Origin: Camelus dromedarius
Taxonomy: Eukaryota
Assembly (NCBI RefSeq): GCF_036321535.1
Contig: NC_087436.1
Coordinates: 102,922,001-102,986,000, forward strand
Direction of reading: 5' to 3'
Length of the DNA stretch: 64,000 nucleotides
Position numbers and translations under genes: made by a program. Under the pieces are notes generated by a model. That model searched no databases. It was not told the origin of the DNA and worked only from the letters and a program-made list of their open reading frames with translations. This document shows, piece after piece, positions 53,600 to 64,000 of this stretch (positions are counted from its first letter, which is position 1; each line of letters opens with the position of its first letter).

Positions 53600-55400
53600 C
53601 GAGAAAATGAGCAAGATGGCCCAGGAAGAAGACCCTGAGCTCACCTCCTTCGACAAACACACCAAAATTGCAACAATGTCTGGAGCAACTATTGTTGAGA
53701 AAAACTTGAAAACTAACAGAAAAGTTTGCCTACAACTAAAGATACAAAGAAGGACAGGTGAGAAGGTGGAGACAGGTACAGTCAAGACCTGTACCCCTAG
53801 TGGGTGACCCACAAATGGCAGGATAATTACAATTGCAGAAGTTTTCTCCAAGGAGTAAATCGTCTGAGCCCCACATTGGGTTCCCCAGCCTGGGGGTTCA
53901 GTACTGGGAAGATAAGCCTCCAGAATCAGCCCTGGGATCCCCTGGGCCCCAGCCCTGCCCACCAGTGGGCAGACACCAGCTCAGGGACCACCATAGCCCT
54001 GTGACCTCCCATACCAGGATCCAGCCCAACCATGAGCAGACCAACATCAACTCTGGGACCCCCAGGGCCCTGAAACCAGAGACCCAGGAACCAAGTTTCA
54101 CCCACTAGTGAGCCAGCACTAGCCTCTGGACTCCCTGGGCCCCAGCCCCATACGCCAGCAGGCCAGTAACAGCTTGGAAACATCTTGGACACACCTTGGA
54201 CCCCTAGGCTCCAACCCCACTCACCAGGAGGCCAAAACCAGCTTTGGGACACCCTGGGATCCACAGAAACTGGCCCACAGAAGACTGACACTAAATCCTC
54301 AATCCCCTGATCTCAGTCACCCACTACAGATCTGGCCCCACCAACCAGCAGCTGCCATTCAATGCACAAGGCAGGGCCTGGCAACCAACCAGACCAGGGG
54401 CCAGCCACGCCTACCAGGCTGCCCACATAATTAACCCTCCACCACATACAGCCCAAACGGGGGCACCCCTGGAGCATATAGATTCGATGACCAGAGGGAG
54501 TGTGCTGCTGGGATGCACAGCATATCTTCTACAGAAGGACACTTCAACAAGGTCAGGAAACATAACCAACCTACAAGACATATAGAAATGAAAACAGCAA
54601 ATTATGAAAAATGAGGTGGCAGAAGAAAATCTTCCAAATGAAGGATCAAAATAAAACCCTAGAAGAATGAAATGAAGTGGAGATAGGTATCTTACCCTAC
54701 ATCGAGTTCAAGGCAATGATCAGAAAGATGCTCAAAGAATTCAAAACAAGAATGTACAAACACAGTGAGAACTTTAACAAACAGGTAGAAAATATAAAGA
54801 AAAACCAGAGATGAAGCATATGATAACTGAACTTAAAAATACACCGGAAACAATCAACAGTAGATTAAATGACACAGAAGAACAGGTCAATGTGCTGAAA
54901 GACAAAGTAGTAGAAATCACACAAGGTGAACAGGAAAAAGAAAAAAGAATGAAAAGAAATTAGGACAGTTTAAGAGTCCTCTAGGAAAATATCAAGCACA
55001 TTAACATTCACATTATAGGGATCCTAGAAAGAGAAAACAGAAAGAGAAATGGGCAGAGACCATAAATGAAGACATAATAGCTGAAAACTTCCCTAACCTG
55101 GGGAAGGAAAAGGACATCCAGGTCCATGAAGCACAGAGCCCCAAACAGGACCAACTCAAAGACCACACCAAGACACACTGTCATTAAAGTGGCAAAAACT
55201 TAAAGAGAGAATATTAAAAGTAGAAAGGGAAAAGGAACAATCTATGTACAAGGGAACATCTAAGGCTATAAAGCTATCAGCTGACTTCAACAGGAACTCT
55301 GCAGGCCAGAAGAAGTAGCACAATATATTTAAATGAATGAAAGGAGAAACAATTATAACCAAAGTTATTCTACCTGTCAAGGCTATTATTCAGATTTGAA
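53600..55400 (+). mobile_element. Older L1 5' half (5'UTR with degenerate tandem units plus decayed ORF1), truncated at its 3' side
   Basis: CAAGATGGC start, gaagaccctgagctcacctcc; ORF1 remnants ctgaaaacttccctaacctgggg (ENFPNL), cacaccaagacac (TPRH), aaggctattattcagatttgaag; many stops. Confidence 0.88.
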
Positions 55401-55655
55401 GCATGGCTTCTCCCTTGTCTCTTTACATTATCTTCCTCCTATGTGTTTCCATGTCTTCATGTGGTACTCTCCTCTTACAAGGACACCAGTCATATTGCAT
55501 TAGGGGCCATCCTACTCCAGTCATCTTATTTACTCCATCTTATTAACATCCTACTCCAGACATCTTATTTCCAATTAAGGCCACACTCTGAGTTACTGGT
55601 GGTTAGGACTTTTATATATATTGCTTGGGGGGTGGGGCACAATTCAACCAATAGC
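55401..55655 (-). mobile_element. MLT1 (B/C-like) LTR 5' half
   Basis: cttacaaggacaccagtcatattg...ttccaattaaggccacactctgag...ggcacaattcaaccaatagca. Confidence 0.8.
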
Positions 55656-57159
55656 ACTCCATTGGGAAGAAATCCCCCTCAATGGCTCCTCTGACACATG
55701 AACCAGCAGAGCTCTCTTCCCACTCCAATCTCAAACCACACAGTATTATCAGTCACGTGCCTGTCATTCTGAAGACTAGAAAAATCACACTATTATTATT
55801 GCTTTGTGGCATTTATTACATAGAAACCATTTAAAACTACTGAATCAACAAGCTATTCTAATAGACCTTTGCTGCATGCCATATTAGCACGTATATTGAT
55901 TTTACTTCCCATGTGGTCAAAGACATTGCATACAGAGATACCCCTAATGCTTTATAAGACCATCCATCACACATCAGACTGGCACCTTCTCACACAGGTA
56001 AGGGAGGCTATAATGCTCTAATCTCTGAATAATGTCCCTATTTTTAAAAATCACCTGTAGACATCCATTACCCAATATTTTAAGAGAAACAAGTCAGAGG
56101 AGACAGCTCTATCAATACTAAAGGGACTGCTTTTAAAAGTGACCTTGCCCACTGAATACTCAGCATGATAAAGAGTAGCATTTTATACACACACTCACTC
56201 ACTCACATATACATCCTCTGGAAAATGCTGTGCAGAGAAGAAAGCTCTAGAGAATGATAACACGTCTGTTAGCAGAAATGAAACTTGTTAAAATACGACC
56301 TAGGACAACCTGCCATCAAATCAGTGGAGCAAAATCCTCTGTGAGCCAACAGAAAGCATCGTGCCAATATATCGTACAAGACATCACCTGGTTACATGCC
56401 TCTGTGTGCATTCTTTATAATCTATGCTTAGAATGCTATGCATTTAAAGTCCTCTGGTGAGGAACTTGCACCCTGATTAAGAACTTAAAAATCTAGAATG
56501 TTAAAACATACTGAATTCTGTCCCCCCAATTTGGTTTCATTGAAAGATAAGCATTATGTTGACAGTAAATAAAGGTAGAAATAATTTCATATTCTTTCAA
56601 AATCAAACCATTTTACCAATATAATCCTTTTAGTGTACTAAATTTTTCATGAAGTGAAAGTGTGTTGTATTTGTGTTTGATAAAGTAATTATATAAATCC
56701 TGCATCAATGTGTGGTATGTGCTTACACAGTGTCACTCTGCCTATATACAATTTGATTGAACTATTTGTAATCAGGCTGATGTGGAATAATTGCCTTTTC
56801 ATATTTACAGTGAATCAAAATATCAATATGATCCTGCAATGAAATGCATGTCGTATGCATATCAGGTCACATAATCCGTGCACATTTACATGTACTAGCC
56901 TTGCCATCAAATCAGTTTAACCATATTTGCACAGGGGTATATGAGTCACATCCATATAAACCAGTATCTTTCCATCTATTTCATATCTAGTTAGTAGGGA
57001 TTATATGTATAAGAGTGAGAGCCACTTAGCTGCCAGGATTTTGTAACTTCCAACAGAGCAACTCCACATTATCTCTTTGATTTATTGCAATTTCAAGAAA
57101 GGTTGTGTTGTGGGGGAAGCACTGAACTTCAAAAGAATGTTAAAATTACTGCTATAGAT

Positions 57160-58005
57160 AAATGTTTCTTGACTATTTTGTTCTCAGGAAATTTTTACAT
57201 TCTTTAAAATTGTTGAGGATCCCAAAGAGCTTTTATTCATATGTGTTATACTTAACTGATATTTAGCAGATTGGAAATAAAATATAATTTAAAAAATTTA
57301 AATTTTAAAGTGATTTAAAATTCAAACATACATATTTACCAAGTACTTCTAAATATCAACACATCTATTAGATGCTAATGTAAATAAAATATATTTTTAT
57401 AAAACATAATCATATTTTATAAAGCAAAAAAAGTGAGAAGACTGGCACTGTTTTATATTTTTATAAATCTCCTTCATTTCTGGCTCAATAGAAAAACACT
57501 GAATTCTTTTACCTGCAGCTGCATTTAATATGGAGTGAAATGTTTGGCTTGGAGTGTATAAAGAAAATGAAGACTCACGTACATAAATATTTTGAAAATA
57601 GAGGAACATTTAAATTGAATTTTTAATAACTGTGGATGTTCTTCTTGGCCACTACACCAAAACTATGCAACAATATTTTCTTAAAGTTACTTGCAATGTG
57701 GAATCTGAAACCATATTAAAAAAGTTTCATAATGTGACATTAAAATCCATTGATTTATCTTCAACTTAAAATGGATATTTTACTCATGCATGAATTTATA
57801 ACATCATTCATTTGTCACTGACATATATAGATTTTCTAAAATAGAAGACATTTTATTACACAACGCAAACATTATTCAAATTATCATTGACCTCACCAGA
57901 AAAGTCTCTTAAGTGTTGGGAAGTTGTCAAGTCTAGACTGGCACATACAACTTTTCCAAAATTATAATTCTTGCTTCAAATTTTGAATTTTTATCAATAG
58001 TAAAT
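57160..58005. mobile_element. Charlie1-type hAT DNA transposon fragment
   Basis: aaaattgttgaggatcccaaagagctttt...aagtgagaagactggcactgtttta...cacaccaaaact. Confidence 0.8.
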
Positions 58006-58006
58006 A

Positions 58007-58830
58007 TGAGATAATAAGAAATACATATCTATATATGTATATATATGTGTGAGTCTATTCCTGGTTCTTGACACAGGGTTCCTAGAATGTTTGTAAATAG
58101 GGGTGTTAGCAGAATCTTCCATTCTAACATTTAATTTTTGACCCTAGTTCCAGGCACACAGCTCTTAAAACCCTTGTAATTTCCTAAATCATAAGAACAC
58201 TAGGAGCATCTTTTGTTCTAATATTTAGTCTTTGACCCAGGTTCCTGACACAGGACTCTTAAACCCCTTGAAATTTCCAGTGATAGGGAAGTCTTTGGTT
58301 TTAACAAGGTGACTCTGAGTGGGGTTTGGTGTCCTAGATGCTCCCTGGATAGAGGCTCCAGAAAGACTAAACCAAGGTTAGAAGCTTGAAACTGTCAGAC
58401 CCATTCCCCATTCACCAGAGAAAGGAGAGGGGCTGGAAATGGAATTAATGATTGATCATGACTACTGATAAAGCCTTCACAAAATTCTTAATAGTGTGGG
58501 TTTTGGAGACTTTCCAGATTGGCAAACACATGCAGGTACCAGGAGGGTGATGCCCTCTACCTCCACAAAGACAGAAGCTCCAGCACTCAGGACTGAGCCA
58601 GCACCGGCCCTTTGTATCTCGTCATCTGGCTATCCAACTGTATTCTTTATTATATCGTTTATTATGTAATAAACTGTTAGCCCTAAGTGTTTCCCTGAGC
58701 TCTGTGAACTATCCTTGCAGATAATCAAATCCAAGGGAGAGGAGGTCATGGGAACCTGGAGACCTACCACTTGCAATTGGCATCTGAGGTGGGGGGTAAG
58801 TCTCATGGGAGATTTACCTGTGGAACTGTG
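58007..58830 (+). mobile_element. MER21-like ERVL LTR with internal ~85-95 bp tandem units
   Basis: Three copies of ggttcctgacacag...cttaaa..cccttg near 58061, 58144 and 58237; AATAAA at ~58668; cttgcaattggcatctga. Confidence 0.8.
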
Positions 58831-59614
58831 AAAAAGCCCTTAGAGAAGACACAAATAAAATCTACAACTCCTGCATATTTGCACATTTGCAACATTAAAC
58901 TATACTTTATATTAAATCAAAATTATTATTTGTAAAATTTATCTCAAGTTGAAATATTTTACATTTCTTCTGCTTCAAATAACTTTAATTATTTTCTCCA
59001 TTCAATATTTTCCAAATTATAATAAGAAAAGGCACAAATTAAATTTTAATGTTTTCCCCTAGACATCCCATGGTATAAAGCACTCAGAAAGTCTTTACTT
59101 GACAAAATTCAGTTTTGTATATTCTTCTTTGCCCATTTTAATGATCACTATGTACTGGTAACAATTTAAAACTTCAATTTTTTTTTTTTTTACTGTTGGC
59201 CTTGTTAACTGTAGAAATTCTCATTATGAGTTTAACCCATGGAAAATCAAACACAAATTTTTCTTGACAGCTTGAGCATCTATTAAAAAAATGTATGGTC
59301 ATTTTATAATCTGAACTTCCAGAAGACTTAATTATTTCCAAAAATTTAAATTATATTAAAATTTCAAGTGGCTATAACCTTAGCCCTTAACAATGGATAT
59401 TATTCCAGGAGCAAATGTCGGTGTACAAAAAATAAATTTTTCTTCAAGAATTGAATAAATTTGAATGAAATCTTACAAAACTATTCTTAGATGATGATTT
59501 TAGATTGTATTCACAAAAATTTTTATTTTTAAAATATCAAGATAAATATACACAACAGTAATATATGTATACATATAGACATGTCTATATATATGTATAT
59601 TGTGTCTAACCATA

Positions 59615-59670
59615 TATGTGTGTGTGTATGTGTCTGTCTGTCTATCTGTCTATCTATCTATCTATCTATA
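59615..59670. repeat. Compound (TG)n/(TCTG)n/(TCTA)n microsatellite
   Basis: Direct reading of the sequence. Confidence 0.9.
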
Positions 59671-60510
59671 ATCATTCTCCATTGGCTATCCTATCGATTC
59701 CATCACTAGAGTCTGTTTTCAATTTAGCATAAACTCTTTCTTGGAACCAATTTTTAAATTAGTTTTAGTTATAATAAAATGCAATATCACCTTAAATTAG
59801 ATTCGTATCCTTTGACTACTATAACTCTAATTTTAATATATCTATTAGATACAAATTTGATAGTGATATCCTACAAATTGCAAAAAGAGCCTGTCATTCA
59901 CTCATGTGTATCAGGCATCGTTTTTGACACTTGGAATAAAACATTATGAAGACAAACACATCTCCTTTCTTTCCCATCTTCTGTTCTAGTAGGAGAGAAG
60001 GCAGAAGTTAGTAACTATGTAAACTAATGAACAAAAAAGATTATTTCAGACGTATGAGTATTGTCAAAAAAAGCCTGAAGTCTGAGGGGCGTCTAATTTA
60101 AGAAGCCATCTCTTTAATGTTACATTCAGACTGAAACCTGAATGATGAGAAGTTCCCCTTGTAGACATCAAGAAGGGAGAGTCTGAGGCAGTGGTGTGTG
60201 AGTTTTAGTAAGATGAGAACAGAGAAGTGGTCATTATACATGACAACTTGAAGGTCATTTTTGCCCTGATAAAAGATAAGTAAGTGGAATGGAGGGGCCC
60301 AAATTCTACTTAAAGAGGGTTTAGTGGAGAATGAATTATAATGCTTGAGAGAAAATACAGAATTGTTTAAGTTTACATGTTATGGATGTAGAGAAACAGG
60401 AAGTAAACTGGAGGAGAATGTGGCATCAATAAACTAATTATGCTAGAGCATGTTTTGTGCTTATAGGAACTGTGGTAGGCTGAAAATGGTCCCCTAAACA
60501 TGTCCACATC

Positions 60511-61057
60511 TCTGTTGGCTAATTTTATGTGTACTTAACTGGGCCATAGGGTCCACCCAGATATTCGTTTAAACATTATTCTGGGTGTGTGTGTGTCAGA
60601 GTGTTTCTGGGTGAGATTAACAATTGATGAGGCAGATACAAGTAAAGCAGACTGTCTTCCCCAGTGTGGGCGAGCTTCATCCAATCTGCTGAAAGCCAGA
60701 AGAGGACAAATGGTTGAATAAGAGAGTTCATTCTCTCTGCCTGACTGTCTTTGAGCTGAAACATGAGTCTTCTCCTGCCTTTAGATTCAGATTCAGACAG
60801 GAGCTCATACCATCTGCTGTCCTGGTTTTCAGGCCTTCAGACACTGACTGGCGCTATACCATTGACTCTCCTCAGTGTCCAGATTGCTAGATCTTGGGAC
60901 TTTTCAGTTTCCATAGTTATGACAGTCAGTTCCTTATATACATAGATAGATAGATAGATAGATAGATAGGTAGATGCACACAAAGCACACACACACACAG
61001 CACATACCACTCACATCTTAACTGGTTCTGTTTCCTTGGAGAATGCTGACTAATACA
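60511..61057 (+). mobile_element. MLT2 (ERVL) solo LTR nested in the MLT1 LTR
   Basis: ctaattttatgtgt...ggttctgtttccttggagaatgctgactaataca; TSD ACATC (60506-60510) / ACACC (61058-61062). Confidence 0.85.
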
Positions 61058-61209
61058 ACACCCTAGGACCCTGTCGATATGTTACCTAAATGACAAGAGG
61101 GACTTTGAAGATGTGACTAAATTAAGGATCTTGAGAGATTAACCTAGATCATCTTGGTGGGCCCAATATAATCACAAGGGTCCTTATAAGACGGAAGCAG
61201 TAGAGTGAG

Positions 61210-63502
61210 TGCCATAGACTGAATGTTTGTTCCCATTGCTTCCAATTTCATATGTTAAATCCTAACCCCCAGTGTGATGGTATTTGGAGGTGGGGCCTTT
61301 AAAGGCGATTAGGTCATGAGGGTGGGGCCCTCATGAATGGAATCAGTGCCCTTATAAAGGAGGTCCCAGAGTGCTCCTTTACCCTTTCCATCATGTGAAG
61401 ACACAACAAGAAGACAGTTGTCTATGAACCAGGAAGTGGGCTCTCACCAGACACCAAAACTCCCAGCACCTTTATCGTGGACTTCCTCGCCTCCAAAATT
61501 GTGAGAAATAAATTTCTGTTGTTTAAAAGCCACCGTTCAGTCTCTGATATTTTTGTATGGCAGCCTGAATGGACTAAGACAGAAATTGGTACTGAGATGT
61601 GGGGTGTTGCTGTAACAAATACCTTGAAGTATGAAAGTGGTTTTGAAGCTGGGTAATGGGTAGCAGCTAGAAGAGTTTTGAGGGGCGTACTAGAAAAAGC
61701 CTGCATTGCCGATGGACCATTAAGGGCAGTTTTGGTGGGGGCTCAGAAATAAAAGAGGGAGCTATAAAAAAAGGCCTCAGTCTTCTTAGATAATATCTAA
61801 GTAGTACTAAATAATGTTAGTAGAAATATGAACAATGAAGGTAATTCTGATGAAGTCTCAGACTGACATGAGGAACACGTTATTGGAAATTGGGAAAAAG
61901 GCAATCTTTATTACAAAGTGGCAAAAAAACTTGGCTGAACTGTGTTTGTGTCCTGGCGTTTTGCAGAAGGTAGACCTTGCAAGCAATGAATTGGATATTT
62001 AGCTGAAGATATTTCTAAGTAAAGGCTGAAGGTACAGGTGGCTCCTCTTGATTGTTTACACTAAAATGGGAAAAGAGAGAAATGGCTTAAAGGTAGAATT
62101 GTTCATCAGAAAGGAAACTAAACTTAAAGATTCGGCATATTCTCAGCCTTTGCATATTGTAAATCCTGAGAAAAGCTTTGGGGGAAGAACACTAAGGATG
62201 TGGCCAAGAAACCATCTGATAAGGAGGTTAGTATGGATCTGTGTTCTCAAAGGAATCTAGGAGCTATTCTCCAAGACAATGGAAGAGTGATCCTGAAGAC
62301 AACCAAGTATCATCAGAGCTGTCCCTCTCCACGTAGGGCCAGAATACAAGGACCTTGCTGGTAGACTGGTTTCAAAGGAGGGGGTCGTGAGAGCCTCGGG
62401 AACCCAGAGCACACTGCCTGGCACCACCTCACGGGGGACCTCTCCTTCTGCACGGAGGGGCAGCACTCCTCAGCGGCCCTGGGTGTGGCTCCCGCAGGCC
62501 CTTATGCAGCTCTGGCTACAGTGACTGCCCCTCCAGAGGGCACAGGCTGCGAACTTTGGTGCCACCTGCAGCACCTTCTCTGCTGGAGGGAAAGGGCCTG
62601 GTGGGTGTGGCTGCCTTCACCTTAACTTTAAAGAGCAGGGCCACCATGGAGAGCCCATTTGGGACAATGCCAGCAGATCTATGGGGGCAGAGTCATCTTC
62701 ATGACCCCAGAAGAGCTGTGGAGGCAGAATTGCTGCCTAGGAGAGCCACAGGCATGCAACCCCCAACCATGAGAGCTGAAGGGGCAGGACTGTAGCCACT
62801 GTGGGTCTGGAGGGCTAAGTACCAAGCCAGAAGAGTTACTCTCAAGCCTTAAGGTTTAATGAACTTTGCTCTGTTATTTGGGACCTGTCCCTCCTTTCTT
62901 CTATTTCTCCCTTTTGGAATAGCTGGCTATCATATGCCTGCCCCATCATTGTAGTTTGGAAGCACATAACAGTTTGGTTTCATAGATGTACAGCTAGAGA
63001 AGAATTTGCCTCGAGATGACTCTTGCCTTAAATCTCACCGTATCTGATTTAGACGGTATTTACATGCAACTTTACATTTAGACATTAAAGTTGATGCCGG
63101 AAAGCGTTTAAGATTTTTAAAGCTACTAGGATGGAATGAATACATTTTGCAGAAGAGAAGGAGGCCATGGGCAGACTGAGTGTTTATATTCTCCCCGTAT
63201 TCACAAGCTAAATCCTAATGCCTAATATATGTTATTTGGAAGGAGGGTCTTTGATAGGCGACTAGGTCATAAGGGTGGAGCCCTCATGATTGGGTTAGTG
63301 CCTTCATAAAAGAGGCCCCCAGAGTTCCCTCAGCCTTTCCAGCACGTGAGGACAAAGGGAGAAGACAGACACCTATGAGCCAGGAAGATGGTGACGTTAT
63401 CTTGGACTTTCCAACTCGAAAATTATAAAAAATACATTTATCTTGTTGATAAGCCACCCAGTCTATTGTGTTTTGTTACAGCAGCCTGAATGGACTAAGA
63501 CG
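61210..63502 (+). mobile_element. Full-length MLT1A-type MaLR: LTR (61210-61581), internal region, LTR (~63177-63502)
   Basis: Two homologous LTRs, both ending gcagcctgaatggactaagac(a/g); internal region starts gaaattggtactgaga; TSD GTGAG (61205-61209) / GTCAG (63503-63507). Confidence 0.9.
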
Positions 63503-64000
63503 GTCAGAGTCATAGAAGGAAATGTGACAATGGAAACAGAGATTGGAGTGATGCAGCCAAGGACTGTGGCTCATCTCTAGAAGCAGCAAAAAGGTGGAGA
63601 AACATGTTCTTCTTAAAGTCCTCAGATTTTATTTTGGTTTCATTTGAATTTAGTCTACTAAAATTGGTTTTGGACTTCTGATCTCCAGAATTGTTAGATA
63701 ATAAATTTCTGTTGTTTAAGACACTACATTTGTAGAAATTTCACAGCAGGAATAGGAAGTTAACACAAGCATCATCCAGGAGAGGGAAGAAATGAATAAT
63801 TTGTAACAGAGGGTAACCATGTTAATGAAACCCTCGAGAAGACAAGCAAGTTAAAGAGATGGCCTTTGACAGAAATGAAGACATTTCATCCAATGTAAAG
63901 AGGAGAAAGCAGAGAGACTGACATGCAGATAGATTTGATGGTGTAAAGATAGAGTTCCAGTTGGAATGCATTTATCTTTCGCATGAAATATAAATATGGG

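Larger units (their letters stand above)
60471..63767 (+). mobile_element. MLT1C/D-like LTR split into three pieces (60471-60510, 61058-61209, 63503-63767) by two nested insertions
   Basis: tgtggtaggctgaaaatggtcccc...; atatgttacc...gggactttg...aaggatcttgag; tgtgacaatgga...ataggaagttaacaca. Confidence 0.82.

Noticed and set aside
53925..54350. Regularly spaced degenerate repeats resembling an array or CRISPR
   Set aside because: These are ~50-72 bp degenerate tandem units within an L1 5'UTR in mammalian DNA; the repeats are not identical and there are no cas genes.
58050..58290. Three ~85-95 bp direct repeats
   Set aside because: They lie inside a MER21-like LTR and appear to be part of its internal structure.
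1900..62795. Remaining 60-125 aa ORFs in the six-frame track
   Set aside because: No recognisable domains, mostly non-ATG starts, many inside repeats; consistent with chance ORFs.

Overview
AT-rich placental-mammal genomic DNA, intergenic or deep-intronic, built largely of transposable-element relics. I could not recognise any host protein-coding exon, RNA gene or CRISPR array. Old eutherian repeats are present (MIR, L2, L3/CR1, L1M, MLT1/MLT2, LTR16/LTR33/MER21-type LTRs, MER5/MER20/MER53/Charlie1, Tigger1). The young L1 3' ends resemble camelid L1 as I recall it, and I saw no Alu, B1, Bov-A, PRE-1 or Can-SINE, so a camelid source is my inference, not a database result. The most notable object is a 2.86-kb, TSD-bounded young L1 at 15904-18761. 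It keeps the 5'UTR, ORF1 and 3'UTR but lacks almost all of ORF2, i.e. an ORF1-only or 'half-L1'-like architecture. Other items of interest are two young solo ERV LTRs with exact 4-bp TSDs, a probable short L1 3' transduction, an internally deleted Tigger1, a nested MaLR/ERVL stack containing a full LTR-internal-LTR element, an orphan A42 tract, and a repeat-poor 41-45 kb block with exon-like segments. Repeat subfamily names come from recalled consensus similarity and need RepeatMasker/Dfam confirmation.
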